A stretch of 64,000 bases of DNA from an uncultured Candidatus Saccharibacteria bacterium (GCA_964639185.1 CAZXCN010000004.1:174-64173), one strand, 5' to 3'; counted from the stretch's first letter, positions 37,334-47,409 are shown. Made by a program: numbers and translations. The notes: generated by a model from the sequence alone, not told the origin.

Positions 37334-38122
37334 TCAAACCTGATCACCAACTTTATATTTAAATATTTTACTAGCTGATCTACCTTGTAGAACAATTTCA
37401 AGAAATCGCTTACTCTTGTATCCAGAACTACCTTTTACAAAAGCTGGAGAATGGTCTTCTTTGGGAACGTCCGCCAACTTTTCATAATATTTAGGGTCAA
37501 GTAATGATCTGTTTTCCAGAACATTTACCCATTTATTAGTTGAGGTGGTCTTGCAATTTCCAAAGCAGTCTACTGACCATACAAAATTCTGATAGCCAAA
37601 ATTTTGTATTTGAATTTTGCTTGATGGGACATCTTCCTCATCTACAATCCATTTGGCTAAATAAGGCAAATATTCGTAACTCCTGAATTGTGATTCAGAA
37701 ATACGAATTGCCTCCTCTTCTGGTAAAAATTTACTACACACATTTAAAACATTTGTTTCAAATGTATACTTAAACATTCCAAGCTTTTTAGCTAAAGAAA
37801 AACAATTTGGTGTTCCAATGATCAGCAAATTTTTAAACCAGTGGAAACAGAATGGAATTCCATTTGGATATTGCTCTTTGTTACCACGAGGGGCAACATT
37901 TACAACAATAATACCCTTTGAATCCTTATGCGCATCAATAGCATCAATGAGGTTACCTGAGGCTTCTAGATCGGTGGTAACACCAACAAAAGTAGTGTTC
38001 ACATTACCAAGCAATGCTTGATAGCGGAGAATTTGCCTAGCACGAGCATTGTCGTCACAGCAGTCGGAGATGATTGTTAGTTGCATATTTTTATATTTAT
38101 TTGGTTTTATTTTAAAGAACAA
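37334..38122 (-). CDS. DUF62 / SAM hydroxide adenosyltransferase (fluorinase/chlorinase-like) family protein
   Basis: N-terminal 'LTIISDCCDDNARARQ' (compare TDFGxxDxYVG) and C-terminal 'VWSVDCFGNCKTT' (compare IDxFGNLxTN). Confidence 0.45.
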   Translation of the reverse strand: MFFKIKPNKYKNMQLTIISDCCDDNARARQILRYQALLGNVNTTFVGVTTDLEASGNLIDAIDAHKDSKGIIVVNVAPRGNKEQYPNGIPFCFHWFKNLLIIGTPNCFSLAKKLGMFKYTFETNVLNVCSKFLPEEEAIRISESQFRSYEYLPYLAKWIVDEEDVPSSKIQIQNFGYQNFVWSVDCFGNCKTTSTNKWVNVLENRSLLDPKYYEKLADVPKEDHSPAFVKGSSGYKSKRFLEIVLQGRSASKIFKYKVGDQV

Positions 38123-38287
38123 AAAAAACAGCCCATCGGGGCTGTTTTTTGTATTTCATATTTTAGAAAATTATGCAGTACAAAAAGCAACCTCGATATT
38201 TGGGCTTCGCATCATCATAGATACTGTTGCTTTTGTAAACTTATTCATATTTTTATACTATCAAAATGATAAATAATGTCAAATACC

Positions 38288-39985
38288 CTACACCACCTCC
38301 TTTTGATAACAAGATTCACAATACACTGGTCGGGATTCTTGATTTGTAAAAAATGTTTCAAATGTATTATTACAATACCCTTCGTGTTCATGACTTTCTT
38401 GCGAGCAATCACATTGTCTGTTTACTAGATCAAAACTTCCTCGCATTGCTTCCCTCTTTGCATAACGACAGAAAAAGCAAGCCTCAGGAATAGGAATTTT
38501 TAACCTTTTATAAAATGTAAATTCATCCGGTAAAATTTTGTAATTTCTTTCACATTCTACACAAGCAAGAATTTCCGAGGTTATTGTATCTGGCACGTCT
38601 TCAATACTATCGGGTATGTCTACCTGCTTTATTGTTTCTTTGCCTCTTGTTTGTTGTAATTCATCTTGCCAATGATACCCTTTCTCTGTTGCTTCTTCTT
38701 TTAAAATATCAAGCTGCTCTATAGCCCGAGTTTCGTTTATTCCACAAAGAGCATATTTTGCTGGGAAAAATTCACCATATTCCCCCCTGTTTTTCATATC
38801 TTCGATTATCTGTTCTTTTAATTTAAAATATTCTTCTTTGCTATACCTTTTATTAAGAATCACATATTTCCCAGTCTTTACTCCCACACAGCCAAAAACT
38901 TCTTCACATGAATGACAATCTATACAGTATGAGATATTCCTATTTTTCCAAGATTTTATTGTAGCTAGTGAGTTGTAGGACTGATCGGGAGTAACACACT
39001 CATAGGCAAGCTCTGTTTCCGCTCCACCAGCACAATCATAGCAAGATTTAAAAGTAACCCCATTGTGAGAGTATCTAGAATCTTCAGAAAAAGCAGCATA
39101 TTTTGAATCATGTGTATTTTTACTTCGAACCATTTCTGCTCCTGTACAATTTACACAATTACGAAGATCTGCAAACTTCCTTGGGTGATCTTTTATAAAA
39201 TCTGCAAACTCTTCCTTGGCTTTTTTAGCCCCACTTCTGGTTTCAAGTTTATAGGATTCAATTATTTTGTTATATTCCTCTCTTGTATATTTCTTATTTT
39301 TAAAATAGTGTTGCTTGTTACGTAGGCCCACACACATAAAGCAATCTGTGCATCCTCGTAAATCATAACCAAAGAAACAATCTGTGCATGAAGCGGACCA
39401 ATATATGTATTTACTACGAGCCACCGAGTCAATAACCACCCCTTCATATGTAAATTCGCTCATTTCATTTATACAATGACAATCACAAACATCTTTGGCT
39501 ACATTTATATACATACTATATAAACAATTCTCCATTCGCCATGCCACAAAGCACATTGCAGAATTCTTAGAAAAAGCAATGTCGTTATTGTACAAACAAT
39601 TAACGCTCCCGATACCTTCATCATTTACTATTCCAAGTTTTGGTATAGATTTTAAAAGATTATTAAATTGTTCAAAGAAAGATTTTGTGGGGTCATATTC
39701 TATACCATAATCTTCTGGATTAAATTTGTCTCCAAAGAAGCACTTCGGGCACATTACCTCACTTGCATTATTTTGTGCATATATAGAAATAAACTTTTTA
39801 CTACACATAAAACACTCTCTGTTATACAGAACAAAATCATTGAGCCATGCTAACCTTCTTGTTCTTCTGCATTTTGGGCAGAAAGTTGGTGCAGGCACAC
39901 CCATCTTTTCATAAAAGCCAAAATCATCCGGCTCGATGGCGAAGTCGTTCTTACAGTTCTGGCAATTATGTGTTTCAGGATTCAT
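38288..39985 (-). CDS. Cysteine-rich multi-zinc-ribbon protein with internal repeats, unknown function (paralog 1)
   Basis: About 40 Cys in CxxC/CxDC pairs. Similar N- and C-terminal ribbons ('CQNC...FY.K.GVPAPTFCPKCRR' and 'CVEC...FYKRLKIPIPEACFFCR'). Internal repeats of the form 'C.DC...GC.G...NKxYxxEEY'. Start lies 5 nt after the argS stop. Confidence 0.5.
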   Translation of the reverse strand: MNPETHNCQNCKNDFAIEPDDFGFYEKMGVPAPTFCPKCRRTRRLAWLNDFVLYNRECFMCSKKFISIYAQNNASEVMCPKCFFGDKFNPEDYGIEYDPTKSFFEQFNNLLKSIPKLGIVNDEGIGSVNCLYNNDIAFSKNSAMCFVAWRMENCLYSMYINVAKDVCDCHCINEMSEFTYEGVVIDSVARSKYIYWSASCTDCFFGYDLRGCTDCFMCVGLRNKQHYFKNKKYTREEYNKIIESYKLETRSGAKKAKEEFADFIKDHPRKFADLRNCVNCTGAEMVRSKNTHDSKYAAFSEDSRYSHNGVTFKSCYDCAGGAETELAYECVTPDQSYNSLATIKSWKNRNISYCIDCHSCEEVFGCVGVKTGKYVILNKRYSKEEYFKLKEQIIEDMKNRGEYGEFFPAKYALCGINETRAIEQLDILKEEATEKGYHWQDELQQTRGKETIKQVDIPDSIEDVPDTITSEILACVECERNYKILPDEFTFYKRLKIPIPEACFFCRYAKREAMRGSFDLVNRQCDCSQESHEHEGYCNNTFETFFTNQESRPVYCESCYQKEVV

Positions 39986-39990
39986 AAAAT

Positions 39991-41703
39991 TTACATTTTA
40001 TTTGGGGTTTGGATACCTAGGAGGTATAAGGCGTTTTGCATTGTTGTGTGGAATGCGGAAACAAGGGCTAGGTGGTAAGCTTTGTATTCATTTTCATCAT
40101 TTAGTATATGAGTATTACCGTAGAAACTATTAAAGCTACTTGCAAGCTCGGTAGCATATGTGGCTATATGGTGTGGTTCAAGTTCTGTATACGCGCGGAC
40201 AACCACTTCAGGGAATTGGTACAACATCTTTTCCAAAACTGTTACTTCTGCTGGGGAGTTGTGTGTATCGAAATTGTTTAAGCCAGCTTTTCCAAGTATC
40301 GCATTTGCACGCACCGCTGTGTATTGTAAATACGGACCAGAATCCCCTTCGAAAGATATAGACTTTTCAGAATCATAAATAATATCTGATCCCAGCGATG
40401 AACGTAGTATGGAATATTTTAGTGCGGACACACCTACTACTTCTGCAATATTCTTCTTTTCCTCATCACTCAGTTCCCTCTCAGTCATCTTCTCATAAAC
40501 AGTATCAATAGAGTCGTGTAATAGTGACTCACCAGTAATAATATTACCCTTGCGTGAACTCATCTTGCCACTTGTTAGGCGCATCATGCCGTGAGTAATA
40601 TGCTTCATGCGTGCCTCGTACTCCGGATGGATAAGTGATATAGCTTTTGCTACTACTTTCATATACTCGCCTTGTTCAATGGCAGTCACTACTATAGATA
40701 GGTCTAGGTCCTGTTCCTTTTCAAACTTTGTTATAGTTAGGCCTATTTCCTTTGTCTCGTACAATGGGATGCCTAGTGATGTAATAAATACACGAGTGTG
40801 TAACTTTGGATCATAATTCTCTGCTTTGAAAACTATTGCTCCGTCAGACTCTTCGAAAACATTTGGAATATTGTCCCTCACTATCTTCTCACCAATTGGG
40901 GCCATGACGCTTTCGAAAAAGTAGTGAACAAATTTTGTCCCAAGGATTTTATAAATTTCTTCAAAAGCTTCCAGTGTTACCTCGCGGCCCCAGTCATATA
41001 TTTTGTTTACTTCAACATCACTCCTATCATAAACTTTTTTATTTAGAGCTTCGATTTCCTTCTTTGCATTTTCATCATTATCATAAGCATCGCTACCTTG
41101 TGCATAACAATCCCCTATGTATTGGGCTAGAACTGAAGCAGATGCAGATTCATTTGCTGGAGAGCCAGCCTTGTACATACCATATATTGCTTTTGCTACA
41201 TGCATTCCTACGTCACCTTGATAATTTGCGCGTACAGTTGTAGCCCCTGAGAATTCGACAATGCGTGCCACCGACTCACCTATAGCATTGGTCATGAGGT
41301 GTCCGATATGAAATGGCTTGAAAGGGTTTGGGTCAGTATACTCTACCATTATCTTTTTACCTTTTGATATTTCACTCTTACCCCACTCGCTACCTTTATT
41401 TAATATCTCACCAATTGCATTAGTAAAAAATTCACGAGATAGATAAAAATTAATGAACCCTGCACCAGCTACTTGAATTTCACGTACATGAAATTCACCC
41501 TGATCTTGTCGAAGAATTTCAACAATTTTTTCTGCCAATTCTCTCGGGTTCATCCCTGCCTGCTTTGCATATGCCATAGCCACATTCGTTGAATAATCAC
41601 CATTATTCAAATCAGCTGGGTGTTCAAGTACAATAGCCCCTGCCTGTATACCCAGGTTCTGCAAGGCTTTATTTATACTAGCTTTGATCTCGTCTTGTAT
41701 CAT
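39991..41703 (-). CDS. argS: Arginyl-tRNA synthetase
   Basis: 'PNPFKPFHIGHLMTNAIGESVARI' (HIGH region) and the C-terminal DALR anticodon-binding domain. Confidence 0.9.
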   Translation of the reverse strand: MIQDEIKASINKALQNLGIQAGAIVLEHPADLNNGDYSTNVAMAYAKQAGMNPRELAEKIVEILRQDQGEFHVREIQVAGAGFINFYLSREFFTNAIGEILNKGSEWGKSEISKGKKIMVEYTDPNPFKPFHIGHLMTNAIGESVARIVEFSGATTVRANYQGDVGMHVAKAIYGMYKAGSPANESASASVLAQYIGDCYAQGSDAYDNDENAKKEIEALNKKVYDRSDVEVNKIYDWGREVTLEAFEEIYKILGTKFVHYFFESVMAPIGEKIVRDNIPNVFEESDGAIVFKAENYDPKLHTRVFITSLGIPLYETKEIGLTITKFEKEQDLDLSIVVTAIEQGEYMKVVAKAISLIHPEYEARMKHITHGMMRLTSGKMSSRKGNIITGESLLHDSIDTVYEKMTERELSDEEKKNIAEVVGVSALKYSILRSSLGSDIIYDSEKSISFEGDSGPYLQYTAVRANAILGKAGLNNFDTHNSPAEVTVLEKMLYQFPEVVVRAYTELEPHHIATYATELASSFNSFYGNTHILNDENEYKAYHLALVSAFHTTMQNALYLLGIQTPNKM

Positions 41704-41774
41704 AAAGCCACTTTAACATATTTTGTCTAATATATAAATAAAAAGCTTGAGGTTTTACCTCAAGCTTTTTATTT

Positions 41775-42104
41775 TTACCTTACATCTCCATCGCCTTGTA
41801 TTGTACCCCTCTCTTTTCTGGATTGAAGTTTATCTACATTTGACTTTGCAACATCATCAAGTTCTATACCCAAGTCATTGGCCAATACTGCCAAGTACCA
41901 TAATACGTCACCTAGCTCGCCTTTCAATGCATCCTTTCTTTCATCACTCATCTGTTCACCATCATCACCTCGAAGCCATTTCTTTATCTTACCCATGACC
42001 TCCCCCGCTTCATTACCCAAACCAAGTGCAGGATAAATAATATTATATTTCGCTGGGTGCATAGCAGTAGTTAATGCTTTCTTTTGATATTCATTTAATT
42101 CCAT
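41775..42104 (-). CDS. mazG: MazG-like nucleoside triphosphate pyrophosphohydrolase
   Basis: 'LGNEAGEVMGKIKK' and 'ELGDVLWYLAVLANDLGI' are typical of the all-alpha MazG/HisE fold. Confidence 0.7.
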   Translation of the reverse strand: MELNEYQKKALTTAMHPAKYNIIYPALGLGNEAGEVMGKIKKWLRGDDGEQMSDERKDALKGELGDVLWYLAVLANDLGIELDDVAKSNVDKLQSRKERGTIQGDGDVR

Positions 42105-42130
42105 ATATTTTTAAAAATTAATTTATAATT

Positions 42131-42823
42131 TTACTTTTTTAAAACCTTAAACACATTTTTATAAACTTCTTCGTGGATATCCTCGCGTGTACGCAATACA
42201 TTCTTCGGAGCGCAATCTACTTGCAAATAATTCTTCTGAGTTTTGGCAAGCCATATTGCACTCTTGCGGGAATTTTCCAAAAATCCTACGTCCTTCTCAT
42301 GTACATCTTGTTTCTTACCTAAATATGCACGGCCATCCTTCTTATCCCTTTCCTTTATTAGTTTCTTTGAGATACTAATAGGTAATCCAAGATAGAACAC
42401 AACATCTGGCCGTGGAATCTTGAAAACTTTGTATTCCATCTCGTCGAGCCATTCGATAAATGCTTGTCTCTTTATCATATTCTTTATCTTGCCACCTTGG
42501 TGGATTTGGTTTGAACTAACATATCGGTTCGCAAGGATTATATAACCTTTGTCTATCCACTTCTTTACCTCTTCTGAAGATTCCCATCTATCGGCCGCAT
42601 AAGCGATCGATGCAATCTTTGGATGAATATTTACCCAATTATAATATTGTTCACTCAAACAGTGGCCGATAAATTTACCAAAGAAGTTTTTATAATATTC
42701 TGGAAAATCGACATTCTTTACCTTGTACCCTTCCTTCTTTAATCGCTTTTCTAACAAAGCGACTTGTGTCGCCTTACCACTTCCATCTGTACCGTCTATT
42801 ACTATTAATTTTCCTTTTTTCAT
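42131..42823 (-). CDS. tmk: Thymidylate kinase
   Basis: P-loop 'IVIDGTDGSGKATQ', 'FPE' and 'ANRYVSS' (DR[YH] motif). Confidence 0.65.
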   Translation of the reverse strand: MKKGKLIVIDGTDGSGKATQVALLEKRLKKEGYKVKNVDFPEYYKNFFGKFIGHCLSEQYYNWVNIHPKIASIAYAADRWESSEEVKKWIDKGYIILANRYVSSNQIHQGGKIKNMIKRQAFIEWLDEMEYKVFKIPRPDVVFYLGLPISISKKLIKERDKKDGRAYLGKKQDVHEKDVGFLENSRKSAIWLAKTQKNYLQVDCAPKNVLRTREDIHEEVYKNVFKVLKK

Positions 42824-42825
42824 AA

Positions 42826-43110
42826 TTATTCTTTTAATTTATTTATATTTTTCTCGTTGCCCCATTGCCATCTTGGACTCTCCCCCTTTTTATAACAAAT
42901 AAAAATAAGTATAGATGTAAATATAATGAATGGAAATACAAAACCAATAAACAAATTTCCATCTGGAAATTGTGTTTGGTTAAGATATGAAGCACCAAGC
43001 ATAAATAAAATATAAACCAATACTACCACCCACCCCTGCCATGACACAGGTACCCAGCCCCACCCATAAGGCTTCCTCTTGAACCAAAGTTTTTTATCTG
43101 TCTGTTCCAT
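42826..43110 (-). CDS. Small hypothetical membrane protein
   Basis: Two hydrophobic helices. Adjoins the tmk start. Confidence 0.35.
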   Translation of the reverse strand: MEQTDKKLWFKRKPYGWGWVPVSWQGWVVVLVYILFMLGASYLNQTQFPDGNLFIGFVFPFIIFTSILIFICYKKGESPRWQWGNEKNINKLKE

Positions 43111-43216
43111 TTTTTAATCTATTCTCTTTATACCACCCATTTAGCACAGGGTCACAAATAACCCCAAAACAGTCAAAGATAAAAGTTGTAATTTGTGGCT
43201 TCATAGATCAAATTTT

Positions 43217-43705
43217 TTATTCTTTAACTTCTATAGCCTGATCAAATGGTTTTATAAATATTTTTTCGGCATAAGCATTCAATGCTGTCGTAACTTCGGG
43301 GGTTAAAATTTGACCGAGAGTTTCAAAGATAGTTTTAATTGAGTCTGGATTCATGTTAACCCCATCAAGACTATTGTTATCCTTAGGAAAAATATCCAAA
43401 AAAGCAGATTCTAGTATCATTTTTTCCTGTTGAGGGAAACGAGGGTCTTTTATTAATGAGTATAAAGATTGAGAAAAAATCATGAGAGCCCTACTTCTTT
43501 CTATATCTTCATCAGGGACAGTCCCCTCGATTAAACCAATATACTCAGCAACGGCTTTTTTCCTTTCTTTTAAAAGCTCCATAAAACGCTGAGACAAGTA
43601 TTCTCTGTCTTCTTTGGAAAAGTGTGTCACACTGTCTGGACTTTTCTGATCCAGAATAGTATTTTCAACTTTTTTTATTCCATTATTCCTCAATCCTTCA
43701 TCCAT
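43217..43705 (-). CDS. Hypothetical protein
   Basis: Predicted helical. No recognisable motif. Confidence 0.4.
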   Translation of the reverse strand: MDEGLRNNGIKKVENTILDQKSPDSVTHFSKEDREYLSQRFMELLKERKKAVAEYIGLIEGTVPDEDIERSRALMIFSQSLYSLIKDPRFPQQEKMILESAFLDIFPKDNNSLDGVNMNPDSIKTIFETLGQILTPEVTTALNAYAEKIFIKPFDQAIEVKE

Positions 43706-43728
43706 AAATTTATTTCAATTAATATTAA

Positions 43729-44985
43729 TTACACAAACTTCTCTGGGATTGGGTGAGAGTGGGCGAGAGTTTTTATTTTTGCTTTTATTTCGGCCTTCAT
43801 TTCTGCGTTGTCTTTGTTCTTCAAAGTCTGAATCAACAACCTTGCCACTTCTTTACAATCCTCTTCTTTGAATCCACGAGTAGTAATAGCTGGTGTTCCA
43901 AATCGGATACCAGATGGATCCAAAGGCTTGCGAGTGTCCCCTGCTATAGAGTTCATGTTAAGTGTAATACCCACTTCGTCTAGTACTGTTTGTGCCTCTT
44001 TGCCTGTTACGCCAAGTGAACCATAAACGTCTGCAAGGATAAGGTGGTTATCTGTTCCACCACCGATCATGCGTACACCTTCCGCCTTGAAAACTTCTTC
44101 CATTGCTTTTGCGTTCTTCAGTACTTGCTGTGCGTACTCTTGATATTCAGGTGTAAGCGCTTCACCGAATGCCACAGCCTTGGCTGCGATAGTGTGCATG
44201 TGTGGGCCACCCTGTATACCTGGAAAGATACTTTTATCGATCTTCTTTGCTATCTCTTCGTCTTCGCGAACAAGGATCATACCTCCACGTGGACCACGAA
44301 GTGTCTTGTGAGTTGTTGTTGTAATAATATCAAAGCCATCATCAAAAGGGTTGCGCAAAGCTTTTGCAGCAATGAGTCCTGCGATGTGCGCCATGTCTGC
44401 CATTGTTATAGCACCCACTTCGTGTGCTATGTCTACGAACTTTTTATAATCAAGTGTACGTGGGTATGCAGAGAATCCAGCAATAATTAATTTTGGCTTC
44501 TCCTCCTTTGCAACACGAAGCATATCATCGTAATCAATCTCGCCTGTCTCTGGGTCCTTCATCTTGTAAGTTACGAATTTATAAATCTTTGCAGGTAGTG
44601 TCATCGGGTGGCCATGAGTAAGGTGCCCACCGTGTGAAAGGTCCATACCCATCACTGTATCACCTGGTGCAAGGAGTGCCGCGTATACTGCTAGATTCGC
44701 TGGTGCTCCTGAGTGTGGCTGAACATTGGCAAACTTACAATTAAAAAGTTGGCACGCACGTTCGATAGCTAGACGCTCTACAACATCGGTAAAATCCTGC
44801 CCGCCATAATATCGACGGCCTGGGTACCCTTCGGAATATTTATTGGTAAACACAGATCCATTTGCTTCGCGAACAGCAAGTGATACATAGTTCTCAGAAG
44901 GTATCAATTCCAACCCATCCTCCTCCCTCTTCTCCTCACCCTTTATTGCATCCCACACTTCTTTGTCTTGTTGATCGATATACAT
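43729..44985 (-). CDS. glyA: Serine hydroxymethyltransferase
   Basis: 'LIPSENYVS', PLP-Lys motif 'TTTTHKTLRGPRGG' and 'YYGG' are canonical SHMT. Confidence 0.95.
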   Translation of the reverse strand: MYIDQQDKEVWDAIKGEEKREEDGLELIPSENYVSLAVREANGSVFTNKYSEGYPGRRYYGGQDFTDVVERLAIERACQLFNCKFANVQPHSGAPANLAVYAALLAPGDTVMGMDLSHGGHLTHGHPMTLPAKIYKFVTYKMKDPETGEIDYDDMLRVAKEEKPKLIIAGFSAYPRTLDYKKFVDIAHEVGAITMADMAHIAGLIAAKALRNPFDDGFDIITTTTHKTLRGPRGGMILVREDEEIAKKIDKSIFPGIQGGPHMHTIAAKAVAFGEALTPEYQEYAQQVLKNAKAMEEVFKAEGVRMIGGGTDNHLILADVYGSLGVTGKEAQTVLDEVGITLNMNSIAGDTRKPLDPSGIRFGTPAITTRGFKEEDCKEVARLLIQTLKNKDNAEMKAEIKAKIKTLAHSHPIPEKFV

Positions 44986-45096
44986 AATATTGTTTGCTAG
45001 GTATTAATAGCCAAATTTTACCACACTGCAGGTAAACAAAAAAGCAGGCCAAAATAATGGTCTGCTTTCTTTTTAAAAAAAATGTGAAGTCTGCAT

Positions 45097-45354
45097 TTAA
45101 TGCCCCTTACTTCCACTGAAGGGCTTTCTACCAAACATCCAACGGATGCCGGCAAAGAGGAGAGCAAAAGCCAGGATACAACCAAGAATAAACTTGATTA
45201 TTTCCCAAAGATCATACATCCAACCATTTACGGTTGTTGTAAAACCTTCCCTGTCGACTCCACGCCAAATCAAGGCAATTACTATCGCGAGGACAATTAC
45301 GGTTCCAATGAACCAACGTAGGCTTGTCCAAAACCTGTGCCAAAATTCTCTCAT
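45097..45354 (-). CDS. Small hypothetical membrane protein
   Basis: Two TM helices. A terminator-like hairpin lies downstream at about 45040..45070. Confidence 0.35.
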   Translation of the reverse strand: MREFWHRFWTSLRWFIGTVIVLAIVIALIWRGVDREGFTTTVNGWMYDLWEIIKFILGCILAFALLFAGIRWMFGRKPFSGSKGH

Positions 45355-45435
45355 ATTTTATGTTATTTTTTATATTATATCATAAATAAATAGATAAGTC
45401 AATATATAGTAAAAAAGAAATATTATATATATAAT

Positions 45436-46314
45436 ATGTATATGAAAGCATACTTAGATATAGTTAAAAATGTTTTAGACAATGGTCAATTAGTAGAAAC
45501 TCGCCAAGGGCCAAAGGCGTACACAATTGCAGGTGCAATATTTGAACATGATATGTCCAAAGGCTTCCCTCTCCTAACTACAAAAAAGATGCCTATGCGA
45601 TTAATAGCAAGTGAATTGGAATTTTTCATAAATGGTGTTACTGACAAACAATGGCTACTTGATCGCAACAATCATATCTGGGATGAGTGGGCAAGTCCTA
45701 AAAAAGCTCCTTATGGGCATGATGCAGAAAGTAAAAAGAAAATGTTAGAAGAACGCGACCTTGGACCAATATATGGATTCCAATGGAGACACTTTAACGC
45801 TAAATACGAAAGCTACGACACAGATTACACAGGGAAAGGTTTTGATCAATTAAAAAGATTGATAGATATTTTAAAAACAAACCCACGTGATCGCAGAATG
45901 ATTGTAAATGCATGGAACCCGTTGATGCTAGAAGAAATGGGTCTGCCACCTTGTCACTACTCTTTTCAAGTTACAACAATAAACGGCAAGGTAAATTTAC
46001 TTTGGAATCAGCGTTCTGTAGATACAATGCTCGGACTTCCTTTCAACATAGCAAGTTATGCTTTACTACTTCACTTGATAGCAAAAGAAGCAGGACTTCA
46101 AGAGGGTAAATTAGTTGGATTCCTTGCAGATGTGCACTTGTTTGAAAACCATGTAGATGGTGCAAAAGAACAACTCTCTCGTGACCCAAACAAACACCCT
46201 CTGCCAACTATCCAAACAGAAAATTGGAAATCTATCTATGATTGGAAATATGAGGACACTAAAGTCAACGGCTACCAAAGCTATGACAGAATACCTTTCG
46301 AAATAGCAATCTAA
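45436..46314 (+). CDS. thyA: Thymidylate synthase
   Basis: 'RRMIVNAWNP', 'LPPCHYSFQV' (catalytic Cys) and 'NQRSVDTMLGLPFNIASYA'. Confidence 0.9.
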   Translation: MYMKAYLDIVKNVLDNGQLVETRQGPKAYTIAGAIFEHDMSKGFPLLTTKKMPMRLIASELEFFINGVTDKQWLLDRNNHIWDEWASPKKAPYGHDAESKKKMLEERDLGPIYGFQWRHFNAKYESYDTDYTGKGFDQLKRLIDILKTNPRDRRMIVNAWNPLMLEEMGLPPCHYSFQVTTINGKVNLLWNQRSVDTMLGLPFNIASYALLLHLIAKEAGLQEGKLVGFLADVHLFENHVDGAKEQLSRDPNKHPLPTIQTENWKSIYDWKYEDTKVNGYQSYDRIPFEIAI

Positions 46315-46316
46315 AT

Positions 46317-46838
46317 ATGATACTTTCACTTATATCAGCCATTGGGGAAAATAATGAAATAGGGTTGGGTAATGCCCTACTATGGGATCTGCCACGCGAT
46401 ATGCAACATTTCCGAGAAACCACTTCCGGCCACCCTGTAATAATGGGTAGGAAAACTTTCGAATCTATCGGGCGCCCACTTCCAAAAAGACGCAATATAA
46501 TAATCACTCGTGATGTTACCTATATGAAAGACGGTATTGAGGTAGCCAACTCACTCGATGAAGCATTGCGCCTAGCAAGCCTAGAACATGGTAGGAATTT
46601 CGAAGAGAATCAAGACGAAGTAGAGGTATTTGTAATCGGTGGTGCAGAAATATACAAACAAGCAATAGAAAAGGCAAACCGACTGTACATAACTCACGTA
46701 CATCAGAATTTTGAAGCTGATGCTCACTTCCCCAATATTGGACCTGAATGGAAAGAAGTATCCAAAGTAAGTCATGAGAGTGACGAGTTCAACAAATTTC
46801 CCCATTCATTTGTAGTTTACGAAAAGGTTGCAAATTAA
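46317..46838 (+). CDS. folA: Dihydrofolate reductase
   Basis: 'ISAIGENNEIG', 'LPWDLPRDMQHFRETT', 'VIMGRKTFESIGRPLPKRRNIIITR', 'VIGGAEIY'. Confidence 0.85.
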   Translation: MILSLISAIGENNEIGLGNALLWDLPRDMQHFRETTSGHPVIMGRKTFESIGRPLPKRRNIIITRDVTYMKDGIEVANSLDEALRLASLEHGRNFEENQDEVEVFVIGGAEIYKQAIEKANRLYITHVHQNFEADAHFPNIGPEWKEVSKVSHESDEFNKFPHSFVVYEKVAN

Positions 46839-46862
46839 TAATTAAAAAGTACAATTACAATT

Positions 46863-47399
46863 ATGATACTTTCAGATAAAAAGATACTAGAGTGCATAGA
46901 AAATGGTGAGATAAAAATAGAACCATTTGATGTATCCAATATGGGTGGCAATTCATACGATGTACACCTTTCCAAACACCTAGCACAATATATAGATAAA
47001 GAGCTCGATGCAAAAAAGCACAATGAAGTTAGACACTTTGAGATTCCCGAAGAAGGCTTTGTATTGCAACCAGGCCAACTATATCTAGGCTCTACATTTG
47101 AATATACCGAAAGTCACAAGCATGTTCCCTTCCTAGAAGGTAAATCATCTACTGGGCGCCTAGGTATCGATATTCATGCTACAGCCGGTAAGGGTGATGT
47201 AGGGTTCTGCGGATACTGGACACTCGAGATATCTACATCTATACCTGTACGAGTTTATGCAGGGATGCCAATAGGCCAAGTAATATATTATGTTGTAGAT
47301 GGTGAGGTAGACAGACTATATCACAAGAAGGATAATGCAAAATATTCACACCAAGAAGCATTACCAAAAGAATCCATGATGTGGAAAAATAAATTCTAA
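46863..47399 (+). CDS. dcd: dCTP deaminase
   Basis: 'NSYDVHL', 'GKSSTGRLGI', 'GFCGYWTLEISTS' Dcd-family motifs. Operonic with thyA-folA. Confidence 0.8.
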   Translation: MILSDKKILECIENGEIKIEPFDVSNMGGNSYDVHLSKHLAQYIDKELDAKKHNEVRHFEIPEEGFVLQPGQLYLGSTFEYTESHKHVPFLEGKSSTGRLGIDIHATAGKGDVGFCGYWTLEISTSIPVRVYAGMPIGQVIYYVVDGEVDRLYHKKDNAKYSHQEALPKESMMWKNKF

Positions 47400-47409
47400 A
47401 TACAAAATA

